DNA of 7,221 nucleotides from a plasmid: sequence record NZ_CP036543.1; one strand, 5' to 3'. Shown piece by piece: positions 6,401 to 7,221 of this stretch (position 1 is its first letter; each line of letters starts with the position of its first letter). The notes under the pieces were generated by a model. It saw only the letters and a program-made list of their open reading frames with translations, ran no database searches and was not told where the DNA came from. The position numbers and the translations under genes were made by a program.

Positions 6401-6623
6401 CGAGTAAGTCCTCTATAGTTCTACGTGGAAGTTTTCCTTCTTCTATCAGCTTCACTTGCTGCAATCCCCTGCAAATGCGTGTGGTTAAATTATCTTCTTC
6501 CGATATAGGAACAATTTTGAAATTACCGTACCTGCTTGTGAGCAATACGGATTGTCCTTCGTTGGCTTTAATTAGGTATTTCCCCTGATTAGCCCTAAAT
6601 TCTCTTGCTGAAACTACTTGCAT
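6390..6623 (-). CDS. Type II antitoxin, Phd/YefM-like (78 aa)
   Basis: MQVVSAREFRANQGKYLIKANEGQSVLLTSRYGNFKIVPISEED resembles the Phd/YefM N-terminal fold (TVSATEARANLSELLDRV...PVVITRRG). It has an acidic C-terminus. It lies directly upstream of, and overlaps, the toxin gene. Start is chosen at the ATG at 6623, because the longer track ORF begins at TTG 6701. Confidence 0.55.
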   Translation of the reverse strand: MQVVSAREFRANQGKYLIKANEGQSVLLTSRYGNFKIVPISEEDNLTTRICRGLQQVKLIEEGKLPRRTIEDLLDEL

Positions 6624-6640
6624 AACCTTTATTTTTTTTG

Positions 6641-6675
6641 CAAAGATAAAAATAGATACCGAAACGGCATCCAAA
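6641..6675 (-). promoter_or_regulatory. Promoter for the TA operon: -7 TATCTTTG (reverse complement of 6641-6648) and -33 TTTG (reverse complement of 6672-6675)
   Basis: Both Bacteroides consensus elements are present with about 24-bp spacing. The -7 element lies 18 nt upstream of the antitoxin ATG. Confidence 0.5.
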
Positions 6676-6858
6676 TTGATGTATTTTAACATAAATTGCA
6701 ATCACTATTTTACCACATCATGAAAGTGGCGGCTTATTGAAAATTAGCATAGCACACCTGAAAAACCCGAATTTGGTGATTACAACCGCCAAATTCATAC
6801 CTAATTTAGCGGTTAGATAATATACATAAACAAAATGATACATATTTTAACGCGCCAG

Positions 6859-7190
6859 AAAAGTCGTTCCCCAAAAATCGCTGCGCTAGCTCTTGCTTTG
6901 CTTCCTCAAACATTCAAAAAGTCGTTTTTCTTTTTCCGAAAGTTGAAAATCAGCCATTTCGTTAAAAATCTATGACTTGTTTTAAAGCATTGCTTATTAT
7001 ATGCTTATCAGCTTCTCGAAACTCCGAATAAAATACCTTATTATCAGCCTTTTACAAACAATAAAACGAGCCAAACTACGACTTTTTGAATACTAACTAC
7101 GACTTTTTGAATGCTAATTCAAGACTTAACTACGACTTTTTGAATACTATTTCAAAATATATACGACTTTTATTTTTATAAGTCGTTTTT
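6859..7190. repeat. Replication origin region with iterons in direct and inverted orientation
   Basis: Three direct 21-bp iterons AACTACGACTTTTTGAAT(A/G)CT: two contiguous at 7074-7094 and 7095-7115, and a third at 7128-7148 after a 12-bp spacer. Inverted copies of the core ACGACTTTTTGAAT lie at 6912-6925, with a partial at 6859-6867. A partial direct copy (7162-7173) faces a partial inverted copy (7180-7190). The surroundings are AT-rich. This is typical of a Rep_3 iteron origin. Confidence 0.65.
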
Positions 7191-7196
7191 AGTGCT

Positions 7197-7204
7197 TATA
7201 TTTG
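7197..7204 (+). promoter_or_regulatory. -7 promoter element TATATTTG at the window end, positioned to drive rep across a circular junction
   Basis: Matches TAnnTTTG and lies 17 nt from the window end. No gene follows it in the window, but rep starts at coordinate 1. Confidence 0.45.
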
Positions 7205-7221
7205 CACAAAATACTGATAAT

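Noticed and set aside
6624-6701. Longer antitoxin ORF start at 6701
   Set aside because: It starts with TTG inside the AT-rich promoter region, and the predicted -7 and -33 promoter elements lie within it. The ATG at 6623 gives a Phd-like N-terminus.
6707-6716. DnaA-box-like TTTTACCACA
   Set aside because: It matches only 7 of 9 positions of TTATCCACA and is a single copy. That is insufficient to call.
7074-7148. Tandem 21-bp repeats that could superficially resemble a CRISPR array
   Set aside because: There are only three copies, two of them contiguous with no spacer. There are no cas genes. Inverted copies lie elsewhere in the same non-coding region. The location upstream of a Rep_3 gene identifies them as iterons.

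Overview
The window reads as a complete, or nearly complete, small circular mobilizable resistance plasmid of Bacteroides/Bacteroidota type, linearised at the rep start codon. Bacteroidota origin is inferred from the AT-rich backbone, the absence of Shine-Dalgarno sequences, and repeated TAnnTTTG -7 promoter motifs. In order, it contains: (1) a Rep_3-family replication initiator (1-996) followed by a small overlapping ORF; (2) an RHH-type MobA/BfmA-like gene (1274-1816) and a small unknown ORF; (3) a bidirectional terminator; (4) a nim-family 5-nitroimidazole reductase gene on the minus strand (2215-2709); (5) an IS5-family insertion sequence of about 1308 bp (2721-4028, roughly 20-bp terminal inverted repeats, transposase on the minus strand) ending 11 bp from the nim start codon and carrying an outward-facing TAAATTTG promoter aimed at nim; (6) a gene for an exported, C-terminally anchored protein of unknown function (4077-4547); (7) an oriT-like cluster of three hairpins (4677-4751) directly upstream of a MobV/Pre-family relaxase (4790-6067); (8) a Phd/YefM-like antitoxin and RelE/HigB-like toxin pair on the minus strand (6390-6623 and 6062-6400); and (9) a roughly 520-bp non-coding origin region carrying 21-bp iterons in direct and inverted orientation. 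A TAnnTTTG motif at 7197-7204 sits 17 nt from the window end, placed to drive rep at coordinate 1 if the ends are joined. Nearly all of the structure is explained by known plasmid modules: replication, mobilization, addiction and an IS-activated nim gene. I see no convincing new multi-gene system. The least-explained elements are the exported bitopic protein, two small ORFs, and a 13-bp perfect inverted repeat inside the IS.
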